A stretch of DNA of 64,000 nt from assembly GCA_964418775.1 (NCBI GenBank), contig CAYQNA010000004.1, positions 14,230 through 78,229 on the forward strand, read 5' to 3'. The notes under the pieces are model-generated. The model ran no database searches and was not told the origin of the DNA. It worked only from the letters and a program-made list of their open reading frames with translations. This document shows positions 36,209 to 46,390 of the stretch, piece after piece; within the stretch, counting starts at the first letter, position 1; every line of letters starts with the position of its first letter. This DNA comes from an uncultured Gammaproteobacteria bacterium. GTDB lineage: Bacteria > Patescibacteriota > Patescibacteriia > Magasanikbacterales > UBA922. The position numbers and the translations under genes were made by a program.

Positions 36209-36694
36209 ATGGAAATACTTTCAATCGTAAACGATAAAGATGAGGTTATTGGGGAAGCTGCACGGCCCGATATTTATGCTGGAAATCATCTACACCGAAT
36301 TGCGCACGTATTGGTTTTTAATGACCAAGGCGAAATGGCTTTGCAAAAACGCAGTGCTAATTTGAGATTTTGTCCTGACCACTGGTCCACAGCGGTTGGT
36401 GGTCATGTACTAGCAGGTGAAACATATGAAAATGCCGCTGCTCGTGAATTTCAAGAAGAGCTTGGCGTCTCTGCTCCCCTAGAGTTCTTAGCTAAAGATT
36501 TTTACCAACCCGAAGGTAGTATTCACAAATTCATGACCACGTTTACGGCCACATTTAACGGTCCATTTAACCCTGACCCAAACGAAGTAAGTGAAGTGGA
36601 TTTTTTCCCAATTGCCGAAATCAAGGCCAAAGTTGATCGGGGCGAAAAATTCCACCCTGAATTATTATATTTGTTAAAAAAATATTATTTCTAA
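36209..36694 (+). CDS. NUDIX hydrolase
   Basis: Canonical Nudix box GGHVLAGETYENAAAREFQEELGV. Confidence 0.8.
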   Translation: MEILSIVNDKDEVIGEAARPDIYAGNHLHRIAHVLVFNDQGEMALQKRSANLRFCPDHWSTAVGGHVLAGETYENAAAREFQEELGVSAPLEFLAKDFYQPEGSIHKFMTTFTATFNGPFNPDPNEVSEVDFFPIAEIKAKVDRGEKFHPELLYLLKKYYF

Positions 36695-36695
36695 T

Positions 36696-37118
36696 ATGCC
36701 AGCAGCCAAAGGACACAAAGTAAAAGTACATTACACCGGCACTCTTAGTGACGGGACTCAATTCGACAGTTCAGTAGGTCGCGAACCACTGGAATTTACG
36801 GTTGGTAGCGGCCAAGTAATTGCTGGTTTTGATGCGGCGGTTATTGATTTGGAGCCAGGTCAGAGTCGCACGGTCAATATTCCGGCTGACCAAGCCTATG
36901 GTCCGGTGCGCACCGAATTAGTCATGAAAGTACCACGTACCAAATTGCCACCAGACATGCAGGTTACGGTTGGTCAGGAATTATATTTGCCACAGGGTGC
37001 AAGTTTTGTGCCTGTAACTGTGGCCGCGCTTGATGACGAAACTGTGACAATTGACGCCAATCACCGCTTGGCTGGCAAAGATTTAACATTTGTGATCGAA
37101 CTCGTGGAAATTCTTTAA
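36696..37118 (+). CDS. slyD: FKBP-type peptidyl-prolyl cis-trans isomerase (SlyD-like)
   Basis: VKVHYTGTLSDGTQFDSS…PLEFTVGSGQVIAGFD FKBP signature. Confidence 0.85.
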   Translation: MPAAKGHKVKVHYTGTLSDGTQFDSSVGREPLEFTVGSGQVIAGFDAAVIDLEPGQSRTVNIPADQAYGPVRTELVMKVPRTKLPPDMQVTVGQELYLPQGASFVPVTVAALDDETVTIDANHRLAGKDLTFVIELVEIL

Positions 37119-37765
37119 CCACGTGCCAATGTTAGACCATGTACGAGCGCACCCGCATCAGCCATCACTTTCGCGGCCGCCTGCATCGTACTACCCGTAG
37201 TATACACATCGTCAATTAACCAAACATTCCGGTCCTTAACCAGGGCCGGTTTTTTTATTACAAACGCCTTGTCCATATTTTTCAAACGTCCCGCGCGGTC
37301 CAATTTTGCTTGTTGTTTGGTGGCGCGCTTGCGCACAATCATATCTTCGCGGAGCGGCACACCAAATCCAGCCGCCACGGCAAACGCAATCACGGCCGCC
37401 TGATTAAACCCACGCTCGGCCAAACGTCGTCGATGCAATGGAATCGGAATTACCAAATCCGGTCGCGCAATTGGTGTGTTTTGTGCACACCACCGATATA
37501 CGAGCCGCTGCACTGCGCCAGCCGCGGCGGCCGCATATTGATATTTTAAATGCTCAATTAATTTGCCAACCCCACTATCAGTTTCATATTTGGCGAGCGA
37601 ACGCACCGCACTCAAACCACTCGTATTCACTTCTAAAAACAAGCCTGGCACAGCAATTTTCGTCTCGCATTCTGTGCACAACAGCGCGCCCTCCTGCTCG
37701 CAAACCAAACAAAACTGTGGGAACACCGCGTCCCACAGCCAATTTGTAATTCCCCCCTTTAGCAT
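37115..37765 (-). CDS. comF: ComF-family phosphoribosyltransferase-domain protein (competence protein ComFC-like)
   Basis: N-terminal zinc ribbon CLVCEQEGALLCTECE and PRTase motif VWLIDDVYTTGSTM. Confidence 0.8.
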   Translation of the reverse strand: MLKGGITNWLWDAVFPQFCLVCEQEGALLCTECETKIAVPGLFLEVNTSGLSAVRSLAKYETDSGVGKLIEHLKYQYAAAAAGAVQRLVYRWCAQNTPIARPDLVIPIPLHRRRLAERGFNQAAVIAFAVAAGFGVPLREDMIVRKRATKQQAKLDRAGRLKNMDKAFVIKKPALVKDRNVWLIDDVYTTGSTMQAAAKVMADAGALVHGLTLARG

Positions 37766-37768
37766 AGT

Positions 37769-38350
37769 TTAGTCCCAGTAAAACGCATTAACTTTCCATG
37801 TGCCGCCAACTTTTACCAATTCCACACGACCCGTGCGTTGACGTAATAGGTCTGCTTGCCCTGCCTGACTAATTGTTTCTTGCACGCCCACATTTACAGT
37901 CGCGGCATCGGCCTCGCGCTTGGCGAGCGTAGTACTAAGTACACTAGCCGTCACACCTTGGTATGTGCTACTAGCCGTTAGACCCTGGCGCGACACCCAC
38001 TCCATCAAACTCAGCGTACTGATTGGCTCGACATCACTTAAGTTACGATTACCATTTTGGTTTGAATAAGTGGCAAAACGTTCCACAAAAATGCTGGCTA
38101 ACTGACGTACATAGCGCTCTTCGGCATTCTCATCTTTTGGTTCAGTGATTGGAACATCGCCAAAGCGTGGTACTTCGTCGGACAGGGCTGGTGGTGTTAC
38201 CGGCACATCGAACGTACTCGACGGTGTCTCTGTATTAATTGGTGTAATTGGTTTAGCGCGGCGGCTCCACCATACTCCAAAAATAATTAACGCAATCACG
38301 AGCGCAATCGCGCTAATAATTAAGGCCAACCGTTGACGTAAAGTAAGCAT
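37769..38350 (-). CDS. Membrane-anchored hypothetical protein (cluster-associated)
   Basis: N-terminal TM helix (LALIISAIALVIALIIFGVWW) and a Thr/Ser-rich extracytoplasmic domain. Confidence 0.5.
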   Translation of the reverse strand: MLTLRQRLALIISAIALVIALIIFGVWWSRRAKPITPINTETPSSTFDVPVTPPALSDEVPRFGDVPITEPKDENAEERYVRQLASIFVERFATYSNQNGNRNLSDVEPISTLSLMEWVSRQGLTASSTYQGVTASVLSTTLAKREADAATVNVGVQETISQAGQADLLRQRTGRVELVKVGGTWKVNAFYWD

Positions 38351-38361
38351 ACAAAAAATGA

Positions 38362-40233
38362 TTAACTGCGACCCTGCGGACGATTTTGCATTTGTGCTTC
38401 GTATTCGCGCTTAGCTTTTTCCATTTGCAAAAGCTGCTTCGGGTCAGACGTAATTAGTTGATCTTCGGTGTACGACGCGACAATTTTAATCGCCGCGTGT
38501 TTATTGCCGGCAAAGAAAATCCCCTCACCCACCGCACTCTCGAGGAGCAGGTATTTTTCACCTTCGGTCAACATAAACACGCGCTGGATCATATCCACCG
38601 CGGCTGGAGATTGACGGAGCAGTAACTGCAACGACGAGTTGGTCACAATTGCTTGACCATATTGCGAGCGCAAAAAGTCGTTCACGTCTTGCGTAATCGT
38701 AGTCACGCCCAAATAATATTTGCGACACCGTTTTACCAGCGCGTAAATAAACTTGGCACTGTCTTCGTGCGTCATGAGCCACCAGGCTTCGTCAATCACG
38801 AGCACACGTTTTTTTTGCTCGGACCGCACAATATTCCAAATGTGGTTGATGAGCGAGTAAATTGCCATTGGACGCAGTTCGTCTTCCAAATCGCGCACAC
38901 TAAAAATCACGAGTTGATTTTTTACATTTACGTTGGTTGGTGAATTGAACAAGCCCGCAAACGTACCCTCGGTATACTTACGCAACTTCAACACCAATTG
39001 TTCGGCACCTTCCATGCCTTCCAAAATATCAAGTAAATCCTGCATGATTGGCGGCTCAACCGTGGCCAAGTCAGACAGTGGTGTAATATCTTTTTTCGCA
39101 TACGTTTCCAGGAGCGCACGGTCCAAAATCGAATCTTCTTGTGGTGTAATTGCCCCAAACATAATCCGCAGCATACCCTTGATCGTAATAACTGCACTGC
39201 GAATAATATCCTCGGTCGAAATTTGCTGACCAACTGGCCGCGGCAAATCAAACGGATTGACCTTACTTTCGCTGGCGAGCGAAATGTTCACATAGGTACC
39301 ACCTACCGCTTCGCACAAATGCACGTATTCCATTTCCGGGTCAATGACAATAATTTCTGCACCCATCATTAAACTGCGGAGCACCTCAAGCTTCACCGCA
39401 TATGACTTACCCGCACCAGATGTCGCGAACACCACCATGTTTGCATTCTGGAGCGAGAAACGATCAAACAAAATCAAACTATTATTATGGCGATTAATGC
39501 CATACAAAATCCCATCATCACTGGTAAGTTCGGACGAAATAAATGGGAATGATGACGCAATCGGTGACGAGTTCATGTTGAACGTAATCGCGAGTTCATC
39601 AATACCCAGCGGCAGCGTGGACGTAAAACCCTGCTCAGCTTGATACAAAACGTTTTTACTATAAATCAACCGCGCCCCAAACAAATTTTCAATTTCTTCA
39701 GTCAGTTTTTCCAATTCTTTTTTGTCCTGACTATACATGGTTACGTAAAACGCAAATTGGAAAAAATGCTCCACACCTTGCGTCAAGTCATCGCGCAATT
39801 GTTCAATATCGCGGAGCGCCGTTTCGCGCAGCGGGTCGCGTGGCGCACCTTTTTCCGCATCGGCCGAAAGCTGCGCCTGCAGTGCACCCACTTTTTTCTT
39901 CAGCTGTTTCAAAATAATCGCCGACTTCACCGGATAAAAGAACATGCTAATATCCATGGTGTAGTTGAGGTTCAAAATTGGCGCACTCCAACCAACCGCA
40001 ATGTAGCGCGGATATGTGACTACAAACGTGGTGCGTAAATACGTGGTGCCCAACTGGATAAAGCTCGATTCCACTGAAAACGCAGATGGCGCAATCAAGT
40101 CGCGAATTGCCACCGTACCCTCGCGATAGACTTTTTCCTCTTGTACGGTCGCGAGTTCGGATGCTAATTCAGGCCCATTTTTATTGGGCTTCATGACCTT
40201 GCGACTGTTGGGTTGAATGGGCTTGAATGGCAT
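38362..40233 (-). CDS. VirB4/TraC/PrgJ-like T4SS ATPase
   Basis: Walker A VVFATSGAGKSYAVK and Walker B LVIDEAWWLM (the DEAW box typical of VirB4). The start is placed at MPFKPIQ, immediately after the upstream gene's stop. Confidence 0.75.
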   Translation of the reverse strand: MPFKPIQPNSRKVMKPNKNGPELASELATVQEEKVYREGTVAIRDLIAPSAFSVESSFIQLGTTYLRTTFVVTYPRYIAVGWSAPILNLNYTMDISMFFYPVKSAIILKQLKKKVGALQAQLSADAEKGAPRDPLRETALRDIEQLRDDLTQGVEHFFQFAFYVTMYSQDKKELEKLTEEIENLFGARLIYSKNVLYQAEQGFTSTLPLGIDELAITFNMNSSPIASSFPFISSELTSDDGILYGINRHNNSLILFDRFSLQNANMVVFATSGAGKSYAVKLEVLRSLMMGAEIIVIDPEMEYVHLCEAVGGTYVNISLASESKVNPFDLPRPVGQQISTEDIIRSAVITIKGMLRIMFGAITPQEDSILDRALLETYAKKDITPLSDLATVEPPIMQDLLDILEGMEGAEQLVLKLRKYTEGTFAGLFNSPTNVNVKNQLVIFSVRDLEDELRPMAIYSLINHIWNIVRSEQKKRVLVIDEAWWLMTHEDSAKFIYALVKRCRKYYLGVTTITQDVNDFLRSQYGQAIVTNSSLQLLLRQSPAAVDMIQRVFMLTEGEKYLLLESAVGEGIFFAGNKHAAIKIVASYTEDQLITSDPKQLLQMEKAKREYEAQMQNRPQGRS

Positions 40234-40234
40234 A

Positions 40235-40927
40235 CTAAACGTTTTCGATTTGGATATCTTGCACATTGCCCAAGGTTTCGGCAAACGCAATGTCTGGATT
40301 ATAAGTCGCGTAATACAATTCGATCAGCGCCTGCGTGTCCAGTTCAACTGGGGTTAGGCCAATGCTACTCAGACCGCCCATAATTTGCCGCACACGCGAC
40401 TGCAGTTCGCCACGGCGGGCCTGAAAACGCTCGTCCTTTAACCGCACACTACTGGCCGGACGCAACACTTCTTTAAACCGCGACCAAAAACTTTTACTTT
40501 TGTTCGACAGTGGGTCATACGGAATCACCACATAATACCGCTTGGTCATAATTTGCCCGATTTCCACTAATTCTTCCACAAAAGCCCGATAATCCGCAGT
40601 TTGTACGCGCAGCAATTCATTGGTTTGTTCTTTTTCCAAAAGACGCATTTTTTCCAAATACGGTTTAATTTGTAATTTGCGCGACTGCACGACAACCTGA
40701 ATCGGGTAATCAATTGCATTTAAAAAACTGACGTACGATGAGATAATCGCGTTCTGTTCATCTTCGGATTTAAGCGCAAAATTCAAACTCGACACGAGCA
40801 AAACAGAACGCAGTGTGCCGTCTTTTAAAATCACAACCCCATCACGAATTTCCGCAATTGGCAAATTCGCCTGCGTGGGCGGGCGGGTGTTCTTTTTCTT
40901 TTTTTTCATTTCTTGTTTGTCAGCCAT
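40235..40927 (-). CDS. T4SS-associated protein resembling the N-terminal domain of VirB4/PrgJ-type ATPases
   Basis: IAEIRDGVVILKDGTLRSVLLVSSLNFALKSEDEQNAII pattern and a poly-Lys N-terminus. It is directly upstream of and coupled with the ATPase. Confidence 0.4.
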   Translation of the reverse strand: MADKQEMKKKKKNTRPPTQANLPIAEIRDGVVILKDGTLRSVLLVSSLNFALKSEDEQNAIISSYVSFLNAIDYPIQVVVQSRKLQIKPYLEKMRLLEKEQTNELLRVQTADYRAFVEELVEIGQIMTKRYYVVIPYDPLSNKSKSFWSRFKEVLRPASSVRLKDERFQARRGELQSRVRQIMGGLSSIGLTPVELDTQALIELYYATYNPDIAFAETLGNVQDIQIENV

Positions 40928-40929
40928 AT

Positions 40930-41364
40930 TTAGATATGGTCATCGGGCCGATAAAAACCACCTGTGTTTGCCAGTAACGCCAGATCGCGAATGCGTTCAC
41001 GTTTGGCTGGCACGGTTTTGGTTACCTCCACAAACTCAACCTCCGTCCCCTCTTTGCGCAAATATTCCAGCTCAGCATCAGTGTAATACTTGCCCCACAC
41101 ACGTAAACTCGGGCGACGCATGGTCTGGAAAATGTTGAGCAAAAAGTAATGAAATGTTTGGCCATTCACTTTTACAAACGCGAGCACAAGCGCGCCACCG
41201 CCAACGAGCGCGAGAATTAAAATAAATAAAGCCATGTCGCCAAACCGAAACGCCAGGAACACAATAATCCCGGCCGTAAGCAAAATTAAAAATTGGCGGG
41301 TCGTGATTGGCCCAAAAATTTTGTCTTCCACCTCGATAAATTGTGGCACGACAAATTGTTGCAT
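40930..41364 (-). CDS. Small 2-TM membrane protein (VirB3/PrgI-like position)
   Basis: Two hydrophobic helices. It precedes the VirB4-like genes, as PrgI/VirB3 do. The start is at MQQFVVP. Confidence 0.4.
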   Translation of the reverse strand: MQQFVVPQFIEVEDKIFGPITTRQFLILLTAGIIVFLAFRFGDMALFILILALVGGGALVLAFVKVNGQTFHYFLLNIFQTMRRPSLRVWGKYYTDAELEYLRKEGTEVEFVEVTKTVPAKRERIRDLALLANTGGFYRPDDHI

Positions 41365-41365
41365 A

Positions 41366-42403
41366 TTACAGCATGATTTCGCGATTAGCCGCATTGATTG
41401 CCAACCATTCGTCCACAGTCATAACTCCAGTTTCACTGACAATTTCGGCCACGGCACGTTTTTCGTTCACAGCACGCACTGCAATTTGCAAATATTGTTG
41501 CAACAACGGACTTTGTTGCCACGCATTCACCGCGTCCATGTAAAGCAAAAATGATTCACCGCGCCAACCATTAAATTTGGCCAGAAACGCGGCCTCGGCG
41601 GCGCTAGTTTGCGCTCCCAAACGACGCCAGTCAGTAATTGTAAAACTTTGCATTTCCTCGGCCGGACCAGTGAGCGGGGTGGCGGCCACCCGAATGTCCT
41701 GGACCACGCGCGGTGAAACCGGCGACATGGTTGGTGGCTCTGGTACAACCACAGGAGCCGGTGTGGGCTCAATTTTAGGCATTACTGGGGTATTAAAACG
41801 CAATGGCCGTGGTGGCTGCTCCGAGAGTGAGTCAGTAAACGCCTGGCTCGCAGGGGCACTCAGAGGCACTTCCAGGGCAGGCTTGACTGCCGGACGTTCG
41901 GCCACTGGTGCTGGCGCATCGTTTTTCCTGAACTTTCCCATGACCATCAACACCCCTGCCGCCACCTCGGTTTCCAAACCCAAACCACCTTTGGCTGCTG
42001 GTGCCGTGGCATAGTGCAAAAATTGCTCATTGTCGCGCACGCCTTTTAACCATGAGGCAATGAGCGACTGCGCTCGCCCCCACAAATCATTCGCCACCAT
42101 CAATTTACTGTCGCGCACAATCTGACGCACCACATCGTCCGTAATCGCTGGCGGTGCTTGCATAATTTCCGCACTCCGCACTTCGGTCGGCGCAATTGTT
42201 TCTTCGAGCAGCGGTGTTTCGCGCGCAGCCACAATTTCACTGTTCGGATCCAGTTTTACTGGTGGCAAAACCGTTGGCTTCATTGGTTCAACATCAATCT
42301 TTGGTTCAGTTGGTGCCGCGTGCATCTTTTTGAACTCAGACAAAGGGACGCGCACTGTAGTGCCGTCCGGTTTTTTGACTGAGATCATTGGTTCTGCAGC
42401 CAT
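41366..42403 (-). CDS. Proline-rich hypothetical protein (cluster-associated)
   Basis: 345-aa ORF with a Pro/Ala/Val-rich central region. No motif was recognised. Confidence 0.45.
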   Translation of the reverse strand: MAAEPMISVKKPDGTTVRVPLSEFKKMHAAPTEPKIDVEPMKPTVLPPVKLDPNSEIVAARETPLLEETIAPTEVRSAEIMQAPPAITDDVVRQIVRDSKLMVANDLWGRAQSLIASWLKGVRDNEQFLHYATAPAAKGGLGLETEVAAGVLMVMGKFRKNDAPAPVAERPAVKPALEVPLSAPASQAFTDSLSEQPPRPLRFNTPVMPKIEPTPAPVVVPEPPTMSPVSPRVVQDIRVAATPLTGPAEEMQSFTITDWRRLGAQTSAAEAAFLAKFNGWRGESFLLYMDAVNAWQQSPLLQQYLQIAVRAVNEKRAVAEIVSETGVMTVDEWLAINAANREIML

Positions 42404-42404
42404 A

Positions 42405-43349
42405 TTAAGTTAATAAAGCCTCGTTCCACTGGAATTTTCCTGTGCCTTCGTCAAAATAATACAATTCGCGAATCTGGTCATCGCCCTGATCAGTCGCGAG
42501 CGAATCCAAGAGCGCCAACACCCCATCCAAATTCGTAAATTCCCCACTCACATCACGCGTAAACCGCGCTTCAATCATGTTTTTAATGTCTGCGTAATTT
42601 ACTTGAGCAGCCTGAGGTTGCTCCACAACAGTTTTTGCAATTTCTTCTTTTTCTGTGGACAGGGGCTTTTCAGCGTACCGCTCGGGATTCATAAAACCAT
42701 CAACCACAAACCAAACATCTTTTGGTTCCACGCCCAAGAAAAAATTTACCAAACCCGCAAAGCGATCAAAAAAAACTTCTGGGGTTACCAGCCAATAGGC
42801 CTCTGTTCCTGGTTCAATCTCGGTAAAAGCAGGCTTAATCTTAGAAAATAGTTCAGCTGATCGAAGTGAGTCGGTATTCTCTTTGTTAATAATACGCAGG
42901 TCACTGATTGATTGAAGAACAGTCACAGGACTCTGTTTAACTAGACTAATCGTAGCTGTTGAGGCAAAAAATGATTCTTGAATTTTTGAATAGGCAGACT
43001 CAATCGCTTGAGGATCTACCAAACTATTTAGGTATAATACCAATTCCTGCCAGACATCAAAATCCAGACGCAATGCCGTGGGAATTTGTCGGCCAAAGGC
43101 TATTCCAGCAACATCTTCAAGAGAGAGCTGATTCAGACGACGCCAGGTCAAATCCGTATACCAACGAAAGTACGACCAGCGATATTGCCAATCTACACCC
43201 GGTTCTGCTTTTGCAAAAAAAGCATGCCACACTTTCCAGGCTTCGGTCCGATTATCTGGGTCAGGTAAAATTTCAGATTCATACCAAACTTGAGCCGTGG
43301 CTAAGTTACCGGAGTCTAAAGTTTGTATTTCTAAAAATTGAGTATTCAT
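42405..43349 (-). CDS. Hypothetical protein (cluster-associated)
   Basis: 314-aa ORF, tightly linked (stop/start adjacency) with neighbouring genes. Confidence 0.45.
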   Translation of the reverse strand: MNTQFLEIQTLDSGNLATAQVWYESEILPDPDNRTEAWKVWHAFFAKAEPGVDWQYRWSYFRWYTDLTWRRLNQLSLEDVAGIAFGRQIPTALRLDFDVWQELVLYLNSLVDPQAIESAYSKIQESFFASTATISLVKQSPVTVLQSISDLRIINKENTDSLRSAELFSKIKPAFTEIEPGTEAYWLVTPEVFFDRFAGLVNFFLGVEPKDVWFVVDGFMNPERYAEKPLSTEKEEIAKTVVEQPQAAQVNYADIKNMIEARFTRDVSGEFTNLDGVLALLDSLATDQGDDQIRELYYFDEGTGKFQWNEALLT

Positions 43350-43362
43350 AGACTAGAAGGTG

Positions 43363-46314
43363 CTACTCCGTTTTAAGCAGATCATCCAACTCATTCTTAG
43401 TGATCCCAGTAGCATTAGCATTAGCCTTGATTTTTTTTGTAAACTCTTCGATGAAACCCAATTGAGCCTTAAAGGCATCCTCCGCCATAACCTTCTTCAT
43501 TTCCTTGAGAGCCTTAACATAGCTGGCCGCATTTCCACTGTTCACCTCAGCCTCATTCCATGAGGCGTGGATAGAACGTTCCATGGTTGTGATAGCGCGC
43601 TTATCCTTACCAGCATAGAGACCGGCAATTGCCGCCACACCACGATCAGAGAAACCACTAAGAACCTGTGAGCCATTGCGGTTTATTGAGTTACCAAAAG
43701 AGGTAACACGATCGACTTTTTGAGCACGGTCGGCGTAATACTTTGTATTACCAATCGAGTTGTCTGCAGCAGAATCCCATAAAAACTTAACTTTGCCATT
43801 TTCAACTACCTCCTTGACCAAACCAACACCTGACATGTCGCCCTTCATTGCTGCCCCTTTAAAGCCATCAGACAAAGCGCGCAAAGCAGCCTGCGCTTGC
43901 TCTTCGGTGAACATTGCCATCCACTCATTGATTGCGTCAGCTTCGGCACCAACATTAATTTTTTTACCCAACTGCCGCGATAACTCAGCCGCCAAACGAT
44001 TATCATCATTTATTTCACCACCTTCTGGTAAGAAATTAACTGCTTTCAAAGCCTTAAAACGACCATCACGCCCTGATTCAACGTCAGAATTAATATTTAC
44101 TGTTGCCAAAGCTACTTTTTGTCTCCGTAATTTTGCAATTTCATTGGGATCAGTGCTGGCGGCTAGCTTTTCTGCCAAAATTACTTCCTGTTCAGTGCGC
44201 TCCTTGTAGTTCAAATTTTGATAAAGTTCTTTATCTTTGCCCAAGCGCTGCACAGCTGCGGCTTTTCTAACCGCATCTGCACGCAACAAGTCACCGCGGC
44301 GATCATAAGCTTGAGCCCTGGACTCAGCCACTTGATCATTTAAATTCATTTGCTCTTCCTCACTCAAGTTCTTGACATCATACACGCCAGCCCTGCGACG
44401 TGCAGCTTCCTGTATTTTATCCGAGTCAATCTTAAGGGATTCCTTGGTACGCTCCAAACCAGCCTTAGCATCGTACACCCCAAGATCGCGTCTCTGTTCC
44501 TCTAACTGCACTTCAGAGTGCGCAGACAAAGTATCTTTAGCCTTCTCGGCACTTGCCTTGGCTTTAGCAATCGTTTTTTCCAACTCAGTTAATTTGCCGC
44601 CACCGCGCTTTTCCTCCTGATCAAGTATATAGCGTTCACCTTCAGCATATTTCTGGTCTTTCTTGGCACCAGCCATTTCTTCGGCCTTGTGTGCCAAAAT
44701 ACCCCAGTCAAGCTTGGCCCGACCACCGGCAGAATCACTGGTGCTGTAGTTTTCTTCGATATATGTCTTTTGGGCTTCAACGGCCTTTTCCCAGTCTTCG
44801 GACTTCTTGTCCGCGCGTCCGCTGGTTTGAATCACTGACGCACCAATCAAACGCAAACCACGCATAAACATACCCCCTGATTTGGCCTCAATCTCTGCTT
44901 TCTTTTCGTTGTACTGATCGTCGGTCAAATCGCCCATTGCCCGTTTCTTTTGCAAATCGCGAATTTTTTTGGTTGGGTCTTCCAAATTTTTAGCAATATT
45001 ATTCGCACCAATCGCGAGTTTACCAATTTGCATTTTGGCCATATTCCCATAATTGGTCAACGCGCGACCACCAAGCAGCGGCGCACCCCAAACGACCTTG
45101 CTTGCACCTGTTTTGAGCGTATCAGCACCCCGACCAGCAATCCACTGCCCCACCGCCACACCAGTCGCAATGGTGGCCGCTTTTTTACCAAATGACCAAG
45201 CATCCGAAATCATGTCACTACCCCACACACCAGTTTCTTCGGTTGTCTTTACGCCCACACGCAAAAACGCCAACGCAATCAGGAAGTTGGCCATGTTTTC
45301 CCAAGTACTGACTTTGGATAACGATAGCTTGGTTGGCTCATTACTATCCGCAAAATTTGCCCCAAACAGTTCAACGCTTTTAGTGCCGTCAATTTTATTA
45401 TTATCCGGAATCTCCTCCTGAATAGAGGCCAAAATTTGTCCAGTACCTAGGGTTGCAAACGCCAGCCACAAGAAAAACACCATGATTGGCGCTACAATGA
45501 CATTGTTTGTAAACTCACTCCACCATCGCTCGGCATACGACTGGGTCTTAGGCAAAACACCCAAAATATACGCCAATGGCGACAAAATAATCAGTGCCCA
45601 CAGACTGACCACGCGCGCCATCATTACATACACATACGAGCCCATGACAAAGGCAGCCATGATTGCAAACAACATTGCGACCATTGTACCAGCCAAAATT
45701 TCCACATTGAACTCGGTGTTCACATCCGGATTCACGCCCACCATTTGGGTAATCTGGTCAAGCTTAAACATGTTGATCAGGTTACCACCGGCAGTAGCCG
45801 AAATAGCGTTTAGGAACGTCATTGTAAACACGTGCGCCACGTCAATGAACAACTGAGCAATCAGGTTACTGAAGTTAATAAAAATCGCGGCAAAAATCAG
45901 CTTTACCAGATTCTTTTTCCACTCATACTCCTCGAGTCCCAAAATAGTACCGAACGCAATCACCAGTAGTGCAACTACAAAGAACATGTTGGCCACATCG
46001 CGCACCATAACCCAACCTAACTGGACCACATCAACGTCAATGTAATTATTATAACTAGCAATCGCAATGAAAAAGCGCAAAAAAAATATGGACAGCCCAA
46101 TCGACAAGTTGGCAATCGCCAACCCAATTTGGGCCAAGCTATTAATTAACCAATTTACACCCCCTTCTATAAGCTCTGCACTAACCGGCTTAATCGACAC
46201 TAAAAGAAGTACTGTAATCACAGACGCAAAAAACGCCCAGCCAAAACGAGACTTAAGCGTGGTTGGCCACACTGCGCGAAGTTTTTCGAGCGTCAGAGCA
46301 AAAGCGTGCCGCAT
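43363..46314 (-). CDS. Large polytopic membrane protein with long charged coiled-coil region (VirB6/TrbL-like candidate)
   Basis: 983 aa. The N-terminal ~450 aa has about 10 TM helices. It is followed by a K/E/A-rich coiled coil and a C-terminal soluble domain. Confidence 0.5.
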   Translation of the reverse strand: MRHAFALTLEKLRAVWPTTLKSRFGWAFFASVITVLLLVSIKPVSAELIEGGVNWLINSLAQIGLAIANLSIGLSIFFLRFFIAIASYNNYIDVDVVQLGWVMVRDVANMFFVVALLVIAFGTILGLEEYEWKKNLVKLIFAAIFINFSNLIAQLFIDVAHVFTMTFLNAISATAGGNLINMFKLDQITQMVGVNPDVNTEFNVEILAGTMVAMLFAIMAAFVMGSYVYVMMARVVSLWALIILSPLAYILGVLPKTQSYAERWWSEFTNNVIVAPIMVFFLWLAFATLGTGQILASIQEEIPDNNKIDGTKSVELFGANFADSNEPTKLSLSKVSTWENMANFLIALAFLRVGVKTTEETGVWGSDMISDAWSFGKKAATIATGVAVGQWIAGRGADTLKTGASKVVWGAPLLGGRALTNYGNMAKMQIGKLAIGANNIAKNLEDPTKKIRDLQKKRAMGDLTDDQYNEKKAEIEAKSGGMFMRGLRLIGASVIQTSGRADKKSEDWEKAVEAQKTYIEENYSTSDSAGGRAKLDWGILAHKAEEMAGAKKDQKYAEGERYILDQEEKRGGGKLTELEKTIAKAKASAEKAKDTLSAHSEVQLEEQRRDLGVYDAKAGLERTKESLKIDSDKIQEAARRRAGVYDVKNLSEEEQMNLNDQVAESRAQAYDRRGDLLRADAVRKAAAVQRLGKDKELYQNLNYKERTEQEVILAEKLAASTDPNEIAKLRRQKVALATVNINSDVESGRDGRFKALKAVNFLPEGGEINDDNRLAAELSRQLGKKINVGAEADAINEWMAMFTEEQAQAALRALSDGFKGAAMKGDMSGVGLVKEVVENGKVKFLWDSAADNSIGNTKYYADRAQKVDRVTSFGNSINRNGSQVLSGFSDRGVAAIAGLYAGKDKRAITTMERSIHASWNEAEVNSGNAASYVKALKEMKKVMAEDAFKAQLGFIEEFTKKIKANANATGITKNELDDLLKTE

Positions 46315-46390
46315 GCAAAAAAAATTAGATGACAGTAGTATATCACATTCTAATTTTCCGTACTACTCGCAACGAGAACTTCAACCCTAC

